Source of the DNA: an uncultured virus (IMG/VR IMGVR_UViG_3300021185_003723)
Taxonomy: Duplodnaviria > Heunggongvirae > Uroviricota > Caudoviricetes
Virus record (IMG/VR): IMGVR_UViG_3300021185_003723
Reading direction: 5' to 3' (one strand)
Length of the DNA: 20,000 nt
Position 1 is the first letter of the stretch. Every line of letters starts with the position of its first letter. The position numbers and the translations under genes are program-made. This document shows positions 1 to 8,804 of the stretch, in pieces. The notes beneath the pieces are model-generated. The model was not told where the DNA came from. It saw nothing but the letters and a program-made list of their open reading frames with translations, and searched no databases.

Positions 1-662
1 GATCCGTCAGATGTTTTTGCGTTTTTAGCAACTGATACAAACGGGAAAGTTTCAAGAACAGTACCACGTGTGCCTGTGAAGGCTCCGTCTTCGTCGACAA
101 CTGCGACGTGCAATTCATCGTTAGTTGCGTTTAGGCCTTCAGCAAAGTTAGATGTGCCAGGGGCAGCATCAAAGTTATTTGCGTATGTCCATCCAGTAAA
201 GACACTGGCACTTGATGCTTGTGGGCATACAGAAATTTTAAGGCTGTTGCCTAGTGTTCCTGGCCACTTAGCAATAAATGTATGCTTATCGCTGTCAAGT
301 CCAGCTTTAGCAGCGTCAAACTGGTTCACATCTGTGATGCGTACATTTTTACCAGCTACTGCTTCGCCTGATTCGACGCTATAAGCATTAAAGCCGTCGG
401 AGTCACCTAAGACACGGACAACTTGTAATGCGTTAGTGTACTTAAGAAAGTACGCTGCCGAATGGAAATCGACAGTAGATGTTGCGTTGGGCGCGCCAAA
501 GGTTGTAACTAGACCTGCTTCATTTGAAATGAGTGTAGGTGTATTTACTGGACCCCAACGAAAGTTACCGACAAAGCCACCGGTCGAGGAAGATACTGCA
601 GGCACTGTGCCAGACGCGTCGACTTCTCTAACGGTAATTGCCGGAGATTCTGAAAATGCCAT
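1..662 (-). CDS. gp18: T4-like tail sheath protein gp18 (N-terminal 220 aa; runs off the window)
   Basis: Not in the ORF track because it has no stop in the window. Manual translation from ATG 662 gives MAFSESPAITVREVDASGTVPAVSSSTGGFVGNFRWGPV...AAYFLKYTNALQVVRV...IAKWPGTLGNSLKISVC...DELHVAVVDEDGAFTGTRGTVLETF, typical of a gp18 N-terminus. GAGAGGA RBS upstream; follows gp17 as in T4. Confidence 0.95.
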   Translation of the reverse strand, partial: MAFSESPAITVREVDASGTVPAVSSSTGGFVGNFRWGPVNTPTLISNEAGLVTTFGAPNATSTVDFHSAAYFLKYTNALQVVRVLGDSDGFNAYSVESGEAVAGKNVRITDVNQFDAAKAGLDSDKHTFIAKWPGTLGNSLKISVCPQASSASVFTGWTYANNFDAAPGTSNFAEGLNATNDELHVAVVDEDGAFTGTRGTVLETFPFVSVAKNAKTSDG

Positions 663-727
663 TTTTCGTTCCTCTCGAAAATTAAATTATATGCGGGTTC
701 ATAATACGATTATTTTTCACTTATGAC

Positions 728-735
728 TATTTATA
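728..735 (-). promoter_or_regulatory. T4-type late promoter TATAAATA upstream of gp18
   Basis: Plus strand reads tatttata at 728-735, an exact gp55 late consensus on the minus strand, in the gp17-gp18 intergenic gap. Confidence 0.9.
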
Positions 736-740
736 ATTTT

Positions 741-2345
741 TTAAAAGTCTGTAGTAGAGTACTCTATAGCCCATGGCTGATCTGCTTCAGCCTCTTCGTG
801 GTCAGGCAGACCATTATCAACGTAGCCAAATCCAGGCAAATCGTTTTCGATTTCTTGCATTTTCTTTTTAAACATCATTTCTTTTATGTTGATGTCAGTC
901 ATATCTGCGAAATATGATGTCGACATGAAATATCCAAACAACACTAAATTCATAACTAAATCGTCATGATTACCAGGAGAAGCTTCGTATGACTGTCCTT
1001 TGGCGACAAAGGTAGAGCATTCAATAATTGTCTGATCGTCAACTAACTCTAATTTGTTTTCTTCAAGCACGTCTTTAAATGCCGAGCATCCTAGACGTTT
1101 AACCTTTCGTGTCATTTCTACGCCTAGTCCGTCAGCCCGTACCGCAGATTCGACATGCATATTTTCATATTCCCAGTCTTGATATAGGCCATTACAAACT
1201 AAAGTGCCTTGATCGTTTGATTCAATTACGACATATGCTGTATTGTAGGAATTCGCCCATTTATAAATAATATCGGGGAAGAGTAATGGAGAAATAATAT
1301 TATTGCGATATACAGCAACCTGTTTAAACGGGCGTCCGCTAATGTCGATTACATTAAAAGTGCTATAGTCCTGTCCTCTTCCCTTACTAACATCTACTAG
1401 CATAATATACTCGTGCGCTTTCTTAGGCTCTTCGTATATTTTCAAATCTCCGTTTTCTCTTAAACCTAAATGTGGCTTGGCTCTCAGGCCTAAGAGTGTT
1501 TCGCCATTAATAAGTGTATCACCTGTTCCTAAAAATGTATTACCAAATTCCTGATCAAACTGCAGTTGAGATGTATTACCTATAGTTTGTTGCTTCCACG
1601 CTTCGTCTCTGCCAGGAACATCCCACCAATCAACTCGCATAGGTTTAAACTCGCTGACGCCTTGCAGAGCCGACTCCCATATTTTTTGAAATACGTTGCC
1701 AATGCCATTTGCAGTCGAAGTAATAATAACTTTAGTGTTCTTACCAGATGAAATAACAGGATATGTCGACGTGTAAAACTGAGCATCATTTTCGACAAAT
1801 GCAAACTCGTCTAAATAAAGTAGTGAAACTGACATACCCCGAATTGAAGATCCTGATGTCGCTGCAGCAATTATTCGTGAGTTGTTTGAAAATTCAATCG
1901 ATCCTTTATTTAAAGCCTTACAACCCGGCTGTAAAAAGAAAGGTAGATTTTCTAGCATGAGTGTAATGCGTCCAAGCATCTCACGCGCGGTCGCACCCTT
2001 ATTTGCCATAACGGCAATAACTTTTTCTGAGTGAAATAAAGCGTACCAGAGCAGATATGCAACTGAGCTAATTGATTTGCCAGACTGTCTGCATGCTAAA
2101 ACGATATTGAAACGATGATCGTTAAAATGTCGAAACATTTTTTCTTGATATGGGTATAAATTAAAATCCACTAGGCCGTCGTCTAATGAAATAACTTTAC
2201 AATATGTCTTAGTAAAATATGCCGGATCTTTCATGCATTTAGCATACTCTGCTACTTGCTCATTGGCCCATTGCTGGACTACTCCATCACGTTTAACATT
2301 TACATTACCAAGATATGTTTCATTGCTCTTCGGTTGGAGATACAT
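741..2345 (-). CDS. gp17: Terminase large subunit (T4 gp17-like)
   Basis: 534 aa; LYPYQ adenine-binding motif, Walker A-like CRQSGKS, Walker B LYLDEFAF, coupling motif ITSTANG, nuclease motifs VDVSKGRGQDYS and HDDLVM. Confidence 0.97.
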   Translation of the reverse strand: MYLQPKSNETYLGNVNVKRDGVVQQWANEQVAEYAKCMKDPAYFTKTYCKVISLDDGLVDFNLYPYQEKMFRHFNDHRFNIVLACRQSGKSISSVAYLLWYALFHSEKVIAVMANKGATAREMLGRITLMLENLPFFLQPGCKALNKGSIEFSNNSRIIAAATSGSSIRGMSVSLLYLDEFAFVENDAQFYTSTYPVISSGKNTKVIITSTANGIGNVFQKIWESALQGVSEFKPMRVDWWDVPGRDEAWKQQTIGNTSQLQFDQEFGNTFLGTGDTLINGETLLGLRAKPHLGLRENGDLKIYEEPKKAHEYIMLVDVSKGRGQDYSTFNVIDISGRPFKQVAVYRNNIISPLLFPDIIYKWANSYNTAYVVIESNDQGTLVCNGLYQDWEYENMHVESAVRADGLGVEMTRKVKRLGCSAFKDVLEENKLELVDDQTIIECSTFVAKGQSYEASPGNHDDLVMNLVLFGYFMSTSYFADMTDINIKEMMFKKKMQEIENDLPGFGYVDNGLPDHEEAEADQPWAIEYSTTDF

Positions 2346-2670
2346 CTATCATTTTCTCACTTGCGTCTTGTAGCATACGCTGTAGTTCTGTAGTAGATCC
2401 TACAAATACATTATTATTTGTTGTGCCAGCAATAGCTGCAGGTTTATCAGTGGTGTGAAATTCTTTACGTTTCTTATGCATGTCCATAAGGTTGCCACTA
2501 ATATCTGCCATATTTTTCATCATGCCAGATAAAACTTCAAAAGCCCTAGGGTGTTCGGTAGCTCGAGCTACTTCCATCATATCTTCAAGTGATGATCCAC
2601 CCTTGGCTAACAAATCATGATAAGTTTGTCGAACCATTTCAAAATCATCTTCTGCATTATTTGAATCCAT
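2320..2670 (-). CDS. gp16: Terminase small subunit (T4 gp16-like)
   Basis: EHPRAFEV and NNNVFVGSTTELQRML motifs typical of gp16 in marine T4-like phages. Lies between gp15 and gp17. ATG 2670 overlaps the gp15 stop (TGATG); GTG 2673 is an alternative start. Confidence 0.92.
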   Translation of the reverse strand: MDSNNAEDDFEMVRQTYHDLLAKGGSSLEDMMEVARATEHPRAFEVLSGMMKNMADISGNLMDMHKKRKEFHTTDKPAAIAGTTNNNVFVGSTTELQRMLQDASEKMIDVSPTEEQ

Positions 2671-3452
2671 CACGCACTATCTATCTCTTCTATTACTTCA
2701 AGGAAACCAAAATCACTATCAGCACCTACACCGGCAGGTGTTGGAGTTACTGTTATTCTTTCAAGTGGATTATCACTATCATTTAGTCCGGCACCAATAT
2801 CAAGAATATTTGTGATAGACTTAGTGATTATGCCACTGGACGAGGTCGGACCGTGGAATGTTATATGCATATCAAAATCTAGTGTGTAGATGATAGTGCG
2901 GCGACCTTCCATTGGTCCTTCGTAATCGTCATTTAACACGACGCCAGTCAAAATAATAGGGACGTCTTCTTTTATATCTTCAAAATCTTCGAACGGCTTA
3001 ATCGACAATGTATATTGTGGATTGAAGTAAGGAATTATTTGTTCGACTAACTGTAAAGCATCATCTTGATTCTTGGCATAACAGCTTAACTGAAAGCTAA
3101 CAATATAAGGAGCTCCGGCATATATTTTCTGCCGGCTTAAAATTGAACCTGATACTGCTTTTGCATAATTATTAGTTTTAGGCAGCTGGCGAGAAGGATC
3201 GTACGAGACATTAGTAATTTCAAACGACATGCGCGGCAGTTTAATAGCAACTTTTGTATCTGTCTGCAGATCTGGCATTTCACGAATACGATCAAGAAAC
3301 TTAGCTCTTGGGCCATAGGCTAACGGTACTTTTTGTGTGCTAATAACACCGCCGCCAGAATCTTTTCGAAGAACATACAAATTATTAAACATTGCACCAA
3401 AAGTGGCAACAGCCTTACGTATACGTTGATGATAAAAATAAGTGCCAAACAT
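2670..3452 (-). CDS. gp15: Tail sheath stabiliser / tail completion protein (T4 gp15-like)
   Basis: MFGTYFYHQRIRK, KVPLAYGP, LPRMSFE, QLVEQIIPYFNP and RRTIIYTLDF motifs; T4 synteny. Confidence 0.95.
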   Translation of the reverse strand: MFGTYFYHQRIRKAVATFGAMFNNLYVLRKDSGGGVISTQKVPLAYGPRAKFLDRIREMPDLQTDTKVAIKLPRMSFEITNVSYDPSRQLPKTNNYAKAVSGSILSRQKIYAGAPYIVSFQLSCYAKNQDDALQLVEQIIPYFNPQYTLSIKPFEDFEDIKEDVPIILTGVVLNDDYEGPMEGRRTIIYTLDFDMHITFHGPTSSSGIITKSITNILDIGAGLNDSDNPLERITVTPTPAGVGADSDFGFLEVIEEIDSA

Positions 3453-4330
3453 TAGCTAGGATCTCCAAACGGATTACTTTCACTAAAGTCTAAGAAATCA
3501 GCACCAATGGTATCAAACGTAGTGTTTTGCTCATTGTCAGATAATTTATTGTCTTCAGTATATGATGCAAGCGTGCCTGTTGCATTTGACTCGGCACCAG
3601 TGACGACAAGCGATGTAACAGGCAAATGAAATTTGCCGTCGCTTCCGCCAAAATGAATAATCGATAACGTATTAGTACTTGATACCCAACTTGATACTTC
3701 GCCGCCTAACACCACGCCGCTAGGAGTTGTCTGAGTTACTCGTTCACCGACAATGTAATCGCCGCTTGTGCCTGATAGCATTAGATCAAACTCATAGGCG
3801 TGATCTTGTTCTATGCCGTCAATCGTACCAAGACCTGTATCAAGATCTTCGTCTGCGTATTCAAACAGCTGACAACGCATCTTAAATGTAGGCAGATTGG
3901 CCAACTGATAAAACGGCGATTCATGCTCAACGTGTGTAATTTCAAACATGGAATTAGACATAGGTAAATAGATTAAATCGCCTTCACGTGGACGTTCGCC
4001 TTGAATTTCATTGTTAGTGCGACCCACTGTTTGATTCCACCGCTTCTTTGCAACAGTGAATGTAGCTTCATCTCTGATCTCTACACCAAACTTTGTAAAC
4101 AGATCGCCTTCGCCGTCAAAGCCTTCGGCGTTATCAATGTACATTTCGATTTTATAGCTGTTGTTAAATTGAGAAGATACATCCTCACCGAAAACTTTAT
4201 TTTCATTAACAATAGTCCGTGGCAGATAGTACAGGTCCTGCCCATACATTTTAAGTGATTCAATTATTATGTCTTCGTAAAGTCTCTGCTCGGATCTAAC
4301 CGCGTCAGAAAAATAAAGATTTCTTGCCAT
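3452..4330 (-). CDS. gp14: Neck / head completion protein (T4 gp14-like)
   Basis: ESLKMYGQDLYYLPR, TKFGVEIRDE, RPREGDLIY, PFYQL and C-terminal DFSESNPFG motifs. Confidence 0.95.
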   Translation of the reverse strand: MARNLYFSDAVRSEQRLYEDIIIESLKMYGQDLYYLPRTIVNENKVFGEDVSSQFNNSYKIEMYIDNAEGFDGEGDLFTKFGVEIRDEATFTVAKKRWNQTVGRTNNEIQGERPREGDLIYLPMSNSMFEITHVEHESPFYQLANLPTFKMRCQLFEYADEDLDTGLGTIDGIEQDHAYEFDLMLSGTSGDYIVGERVTQTTPSGVVLGGEVSSWVSSTNTLSIIHFGGSDGKFHLPVTSLVVTGAESNATGTLASYTEDNKLSDNEQNTTFDTIGADFLDFSESNPFGDPS

Positions 4331-4333
4331 GGT

Positions 4334-5086
4334 TTAACCTACATAAAAGCTGGGTGGTAGTTCTTGCTCAAGTCTCAAATTCTCTTTGAGTTGTTGTATT
4401 TCCTGGGTAGCATCAGAATAAATTTCCCGACCATTTAACGTAACGCCACCTGGTAGTTGCATGCCTTCAAACTTAATAAGGTTTGCACCCCACTGTTGTT
4501 TTATAAGTGCAGTAGTATAATCTTTTATGAATATATCGTTGTATATACTCGTGTGTGTATCAGGGTCTAATGTCTGGTATACCTCGGCCACAATGTAATC
4601 ACCGGCCTTAATATCTTTATCAGCAAAATCACCGTGTATATACAGTCGATTTTGTTTACGTGCAAATGACACTTGAGGTGTGCCGTTGAGTTTCATATCT
4701 AGCATTGACAAGTATTGTTGTGTTTGCTCATAGTAAGCAATTCCGCCAACAACCGAGTTAAGATCCCACATGTCGTTGAGCATCAACTGATATTTTACAT
4801 CAAAGAAATTTCTTGACGCCGATGATGTAAAAAACGGGAATAACCTAGATACATATATAATATCAGACGTTATAGGTATATATTCGTTAGTCACATCGTC
4901 AGCTGTTACTAAATGTTTAAAATAAGTTTTAATTGTCGCGTCTGAGTGATATTCTTGATATAACTGAAGTGCTTCATCAAGTCTATCTTCTGCCTGATCT
5001 TCGTCGACATTGATTTCTATTACCGGATCGCCCAACTTGCGCTTGGCATATTCGATCAAGGTATCTCTACTATTAGGTGATGCCAT
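4334..5086 (-). CDS. gp13: Neck protein (T4 gp13-like)
   Basis: RKLGDPVIEINVD...Q and QQWGANLIKFEGMQLPGGVTLNG motifs; GAGGA RBS upstream. Confidence 0.95.
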   Translation of the reverse strand: MASPNSRDTLIEYAKRKLGDPVIEINVDEDQAEDRLDEALQLYQEYHSDATIKTYFKHLVTADDVTNEYIPITSDIIYVSRLFPFFTSSASRNFFDVKYQLMLNDMWDLNSVVGGIAYYEQTQQYLSMLDMKLNGTPQVSFARKQNRLYIHGDFADKDIKAGDYIVAEVYQTLDPDTHTSIYNDIFIKDYTTALIKQQWGANLIKFEGMQLPGGVTLNGREIYSDATQEIQQLKENLRLEQELPPSFYVG

Positions 5087-5117
5087 GTTTAATCCTCAAA
5101 TTCATCGGGTTTAACTC

Positions 5118-5125
5118 TATTTATA
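5118..5125 (-). promoter_or_regulatory. T4-type late promoter TATAAATA upstream of gp13
   Basis: Exact tatttata on the plus strand, about 30 nt upstream of the gp13 ATG. Confidence 0.9.
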
Positions 5126-5126
5126 C

Positions 5127-5156
5127 GTTTACAACTGCTCCAAATTATGGTATAAT
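5127..5156 (+). promoter_or_regulatory. Sigma70 / T4-early-type promoter for the hldC-cupin-carbamoyltransferase-hemA operon
   Basis: GTTTACA (-35 TTTACA at 5128-5133), 17-nt spacer, extended TG, then TATAAT at 5151-5156. ATG lies only 5 nt downstream. Confidence 0.85.
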
Positions 5157-5161
5157 AGACT

Positions 5162-5563
5162 ATGAAAACAGTATTTACAAATGGTTGCTTTGATATTCTG
5201 CATCGAGGTCATGTCGATTATTTACAAAGATCGCGTGATCTAGGTGACAGACTTATAGTCGGGATAAATTCAGATGCATCTGTTCGCAGATTAAAAGGAG
5301 ATTTGCGGCCTATTAACAATGAAGAAGACCGCAGATATATGCTACAATCATTGAAGTGCGTAGATCATGTATACATATTCTATGAAGACACTCCGTATGA
5401 GTTAATAAAACAACTACAACCTGATGTGCTCACTAAGGGCGGCGATTACCAAATTGACCAGATTGTAGGAAGAGACATAGCAAAACTAACTGTTTCACTG
5501 AAGCTGTGTGACGGTTATTCTACTACTAATATTATTAAAAGGATTTGTGATGACAAGACTTGA
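5162..5563 (+). CDS. hldC: D-glycero-beta-D-manno-heptose 1-phosphate adenylyltransferase (HldE C-terminal domain; RfaE2/HldC)
   Basis: VFTNGCFDILHRGH (HxGH), GINSDASVRRLKG, RPIN, FYEDTP, KGGDY and GYSTT motifs. Confidence 0.93.
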   Translation: MKTVFTNGCFDILHRGHVDYLQRSRDLGDRLIVGINSDASVRRLKGDLRPINNEEDRRYMLQSLKCVDHVYIFYEDTPYELIKQLQPDVLTKGGDYQIDQIVGRDIAKLTVSLKLCDGYSTTNIIKRICDDKT

Positions 5564-5909
5564 GGGTATGGTTGATAAGGGTTGGGGCCACGAATTAATC
5601 TTTGCGACCAATGATAAGTATTGCGGTAAGCTTCTTAATTTTAATAAAGGGGCTAAGTTCTCTATGCACTTTCACGCCATTAAGGACGAAACTTGGTTAG
5701 TCTTTGAAGGTCTGTTTGATGTACTGACCATAAACACAGATGACGCATCTGTTAAAAAACGTAGGCTGCAGCCAGGCGATTCACTAAGGATCGAGCCACT
5801 TGTCCCACATCAATTATTTTGTATTGAAGAAGGTACTATAATTGAAGTGTCATCGCCTGACTCAGTAGAAGATAACTATAGAGTTGCAAAGGGAGACAGT
5901 CAAAAATGA
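5550..5909 (+). CDS. Cupin-fold protein (mannose-6-phosphate isomerase C-terminal-like / sugar isomerase)
   Basis: KGWGHE, SMHFH..KDETW and PH...EVS..DSVEDNYR cupin motifs. Start moved to ATG 5550, which has AAGGA upstream. Confidence 0.8.
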   Translation: MTRLEGMVDKGWGHELIFATNDKYCGKLLNFNKGAKFSMHFHAIKDETWLVFEGLFDVLTINTDDASVKKRRLQPGDSLRIEPLVPHQLFCIEEGTIIEVSSPDSVEDNYRVAKGDSQK

Positions 5910-6094
5910 AACTAGATTCGCAAATACGTGCAGCTCAAATATACGGCACAATTGCGGCGCATACAGACAGCAAACCCAATCAACAACCTGTCAAAACATT
6001 ACGACGCAGAGTTCAACCAATTGTAGCGACGCCAGCAGTAAAGCCTAAACCGCGCTATTTGCGGCTAGGGCAATACGTAGATATTATTGCATGA
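5906..6094 (+). CDS. Small basic hypothetical protein (62 aa)
   Basis: Fills the gap exactly with ATGA overlaps at both ends (5906-5909 and 6091-6094), consistent with translational coupling. Confidence 0.65.
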   Translation: MKLDSQIRAAQIYGTIAAHTDSKPNQQPVKTLRRRVQPIVATPAVKPKPRYLRLGQYVDIIA

Positions 6095-6972
6095 TTATAT
6101 GGGGTATGGTAGGCGGATGTCACGATGCGACAATAGCAGTATTCTCTGACGACACACTGCTACAATCATTTACATCTACTGATAACGTCCATAGCGTCAG
6201 CCTTATACAGAAAGCAATGAACGTTGCTTGTCCTGAATTGATAGTGTGGTTTGAAAAGCCCTGGGCAAAAGCAATGCGACAATACATTGCAGGCCAGTCT
6301 AAACCATTTACACGAAACAATATCAAAAAATATTTACAAGAGTTTGGCATAAATTGTCAAATAAAAACCGTATGGCATCATCAAGCGCATGCGGCACATT
6401 ATTACAATGCTGCTAAAGTGCCAAGTGTTATTGTAGTTATTGATGCAATAGGTGAATTTTCATGCTCATCTATATGGACAGCAGATATAAACGGTAAGCT
6501 CAAACAGCGTGTTTCAATGAAATATCCTGATAGCTTAGGCTTATTTTACTCGGCTATGACACAACGTTGTGGATTTATTCCGTCGAAGCAAGAAGGTTTA
6601 ATCGAAGAATTTGGTCGCGGTTATTCTAGCCAAGCTGCGATTGATGCCATATATAATGATTTGGTGTTTTGCCACCAGTGGAGACCTTTAATGAAAAAGA
6701 ACATGCATCGTGGCATTGGCAATTGGCGGCCCTTTTTAAGCAAAGAAGAAATAGCTGGCGCAACACAAATTGTATTCGAACAACGATGCAAAGCATTCAT
6801 AGATCACGCTGTTAATACTTATGACAATAAACAGGTTATTATTACAGGTGGCTGTGCTTTCAATAAGGGTTTACAGCAAATAGTAAAGGATCGATATGCC
6901 GCCTATATCCCGCCTAATCCAGGAGATGCCGGCTCTGCTGAAACGGCAGTGCTCGCGTACTTAAACAAATGA
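6091..6972 (+). CDS. Carbamoyltransferase (CmcH/NodU family), N-terminal Kae1-like domain only
   Basis: [38 protein letters not shown] and PGDAGSA motifs. Ends at 293 aa with no C-terminal GPRALGNRS/RPFAP domain. Confidence 0.85.
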   Translation: MIIWGMVGGCHDATIAVFSDDTLLQSFTSTDNVHSVSLIQKAMNVACPELIVWFEKPWAKAMRQYIAGQSKPFTRNNIKKYLQEFGINCQIKTVWHHQAHAAHYYNAAKVPSVIVVIDAIGEFSCSSIWTADINGKLKQRVSMKYPDSLGLFYSAMTQRCGFIPSKQEGLIEEFGRGYSSQAAIDAIYNDLVFCHQWRPLMKKNMHRGIGNWRPFLSKEEIAGATQIVFEQRCKAFIDHAVNTYDNKQVIITGGCAFNKGLQQIVKDRYAAYIPPNPGDAGSAETAVLAYLNK

Positions 6973-8174
6973 TTGAATTAGAACCATTTTGGGATATAGT
7001 AGATAGCGCAAAGGCCGAAGGCAAATATCGAGTATTCAATGATATTATTCGTGAACGCGGCAAGTTTCCTAAGGCTATATGGTACGGCAAATATGCTATC
7101 AAAGAAGTTGTTAATTGGTGCAGTAACGATTATCTAGGCATGGGTCAAAACAAAATCGTCATCGATGCTATGCACACAGCACTTGAACAAACAGGTGCTG
7201 GTTCAGGCGGAACACGAAATATATCAGGAACTTCTCACTATCACGTAGCGCTTGAGCTAGAGCTTGCAAAGTTGCATCAGAAAAGCGGCGCCTTACTATT
7301 CTCAAGCGCGTATGTGGCTAATGAGTGGACAATAATATCACTAGCTAAAATAATACCTAACATTTGCTTTATCAGCGACTCAAAGAATCATGCTAGTATT
7401 ATTCAAGGCATAAAACACAGTGGCGCACATAAGTCTATATTTCAGCACAATGATATGGAAGATCTTGAAGACAAGTTGAACGATGCTTTGCAGGATGATT
7501 TGATTCCGTGTGTAGTATTTGAATCTGTATATTCTATGGACGGCGATAAATCAGATATCGGAAACATAGTAGAATTAGCTGATAAGTACGAGGCAATGAC
7601 TTATCTCGATGAGGTTCACGGCGTTGGTTTATATGGTTATAGCGGAGCCGGAATACTGGAAGATGAAAATTTACAAGATCGAATAGATATCGTTAACGGC
7701 ACACTTGGTAAAGCGTATGGTGTAACTGGCGGATACATAGCCGCCGCTGCTGACGTGTTAGATGCTATACGACTAACCGCAAGCGGGTTCATATTTACCA
7801 CGAGCATATCACCAGTCATTTGCGCCGGTGCTTTAGCTAGTATAAAATATCTTAAAGATCATCACGAATTAAGACAAAGGCATCAAGAAAAAGCGGCTAA
7901 ACTTTCATTAAAGTTTAAACAAGCAGACATAGAAGTTTTCAAAGAGGCTTGCACACACATTGTCCCGGTAATGATCCGTGATGCAGACAAGTGTAAAGCT
8001 ATTTCTGACAGATTGTTAGAGGAACACGGCATATATGTCCAGGCCATTAACTTCCCTACAGTAGCCGTTGGTGAAGAACGATTAAGATTTGCACCTACTC
8101 CGTTACACACCGATGCTATGATCGAAGACTGTGTTAACGCTGTCAAAGAATCTATATTATATTTCCGGGAATAA
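6969..8174 (+). CDS. hemA: 5-aminolevulinate synthase (Shemin/C4 pathway, PLP-dependent)
   Basis: [56 protein letters not shown] (PLP lysine), FIFTTS and INFPTV..GEERLR. Confidence 0.96.
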   Translation: MIELEPFWDIVDSAKAEGKYRVFNDIIRERGKFPKAIWYGKYAIKEVVNWCSNDYLGMGQNKIVIDAMHTALEQTGAGSGGTRNISGTSHYHVALELELAKLHQKSGALLFSSAYVANEWTIISLAKIIPNICFISDSKNHASIIQGIKHSGAHKSIFQHNDMEDLEDKLNDALQDDLIPCVVFESVYSMDGDKSDIGNIVELADKYEAMTYLDEVHGVGLYGYSGAGILEDENLQDRIDIVNGTLGKAYGVTGGYIAAAADVLDAIRLTASGFIFTTSISPVICAGALASIKYLKDHHELRQRHQEKAAKLSLKFKQADIEVFKEACTHIVPVMIRDADKCKAISDRLLEEHGIYVQAINFPTVAVGEERLRFAPTPLHTDAMIEDCVNAVKESILYFRE

Positions 8175-8804
8175 ACACTCGTTAATATATCTTTGTACTA
8201 ACGTAGGATCGACACCCATGTTTTCCATAACCCGAGCAGTATGCGGATTTTTCTTTTGGTTGATTGCATACCAATTATGTTGTTCAGTGTAATCGTTATC
8301 AGTTGTCATGCCAATATTTTTGATAAAATATTTTAGATTATTAATTACTAACTCAAGTAAATCGTCTAACTCTTTGCCATCACGAATATTACCGGCTGAA
8401 ACCATGTTGCCACTAAATATATTTTTTGCCCAATCAGGCAATTCTCTTGCCTTTGATGGAATAAAAGACTGTACATTAGTTGCAAACTCTGATAGAATAT
8501 GACTATATGGATCGATAGGACTAAAATCATGAAAGGCACCTGTCACCTTGTTCGGACCAGCAATAATATCAAAACCAAATATCGGAGCAGGATCGTTAAC
8601 ATGCGGGTAAATGCATAAGTGCATCATCCACAGTTTTCGATCTTCTCTGGCATCAATAATATCTATGTCAGCCTGTCTAAATATTTCAGGTGACTGATAT
8701 GATTTTGCTGGCCATGGGAAATCGTGTGTATGGCACGCATATGAATACTCTGCTAAAATGGCTTCCATGTCTTGGCTAGCTGCGATGAGCTTATCAAAGA
8801 TCAA
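8157..8804 (-). CDS. pcyX: Ferredoxin-dependent bilin reductase, PcyX/PcyA-like
   Basis: WMMHLCIYP...PIFGFDII (His62 and Asp79, the 17-residue spacing of PcyA His88/Asp105), [26 protein letters not shown] and LFP. Directly downstream of a haem oxygenase and beside hemA, as in described phage hemA-hemO-pcyX cassettes. Confidence 0.85.
   Translation of the reverse strand: MIFDKLIAASQDMEAILAEYSYACHTHDFPWPAKSYQSPEIFRQADIDIIDAREDRKLWMMHLCIYPHVNDPAPIFGFDIIAGPNKVTGAFHDFSPIDPYSHILSEFATNVQSFIPSKARELPDWAKNIFSGNMVSAGNIRDGKELDDLLELVINNLKYFIKNIGMTTDNDYTEQHNWYAINQKKNPHTARVMENMGVDPTLVQRYINECLFPEI

Noticed and set aside
663..727. Structured RNA in the gp18 leader, and its TATAATTTA similarity to the GT9 leader
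   Set aside because: AT-rich with no convincing stem; the short match is expected by chance.
70..917. Plus-strand ORFs 70-384, 436-726 and 723-917
   Set aside because: Antisense shadows of gp18 and gp17; no recognisable motifs.
741..2345. Intron or intein in the terminase
   Set aside because: The ORF is continuous and of normal length with no splicing or homing endonuclease motifs.
5502..5528. HldC as a promiscuous CDP/UDP-heptose-forming nucleotidyltransferase
   Set aside because: As I recall, that subgroup has Arg just before STT in (F/L)xxGxSTT; here the motif is LCDGYSTT, so ordinary ADP-heptose synthesis is more likely.
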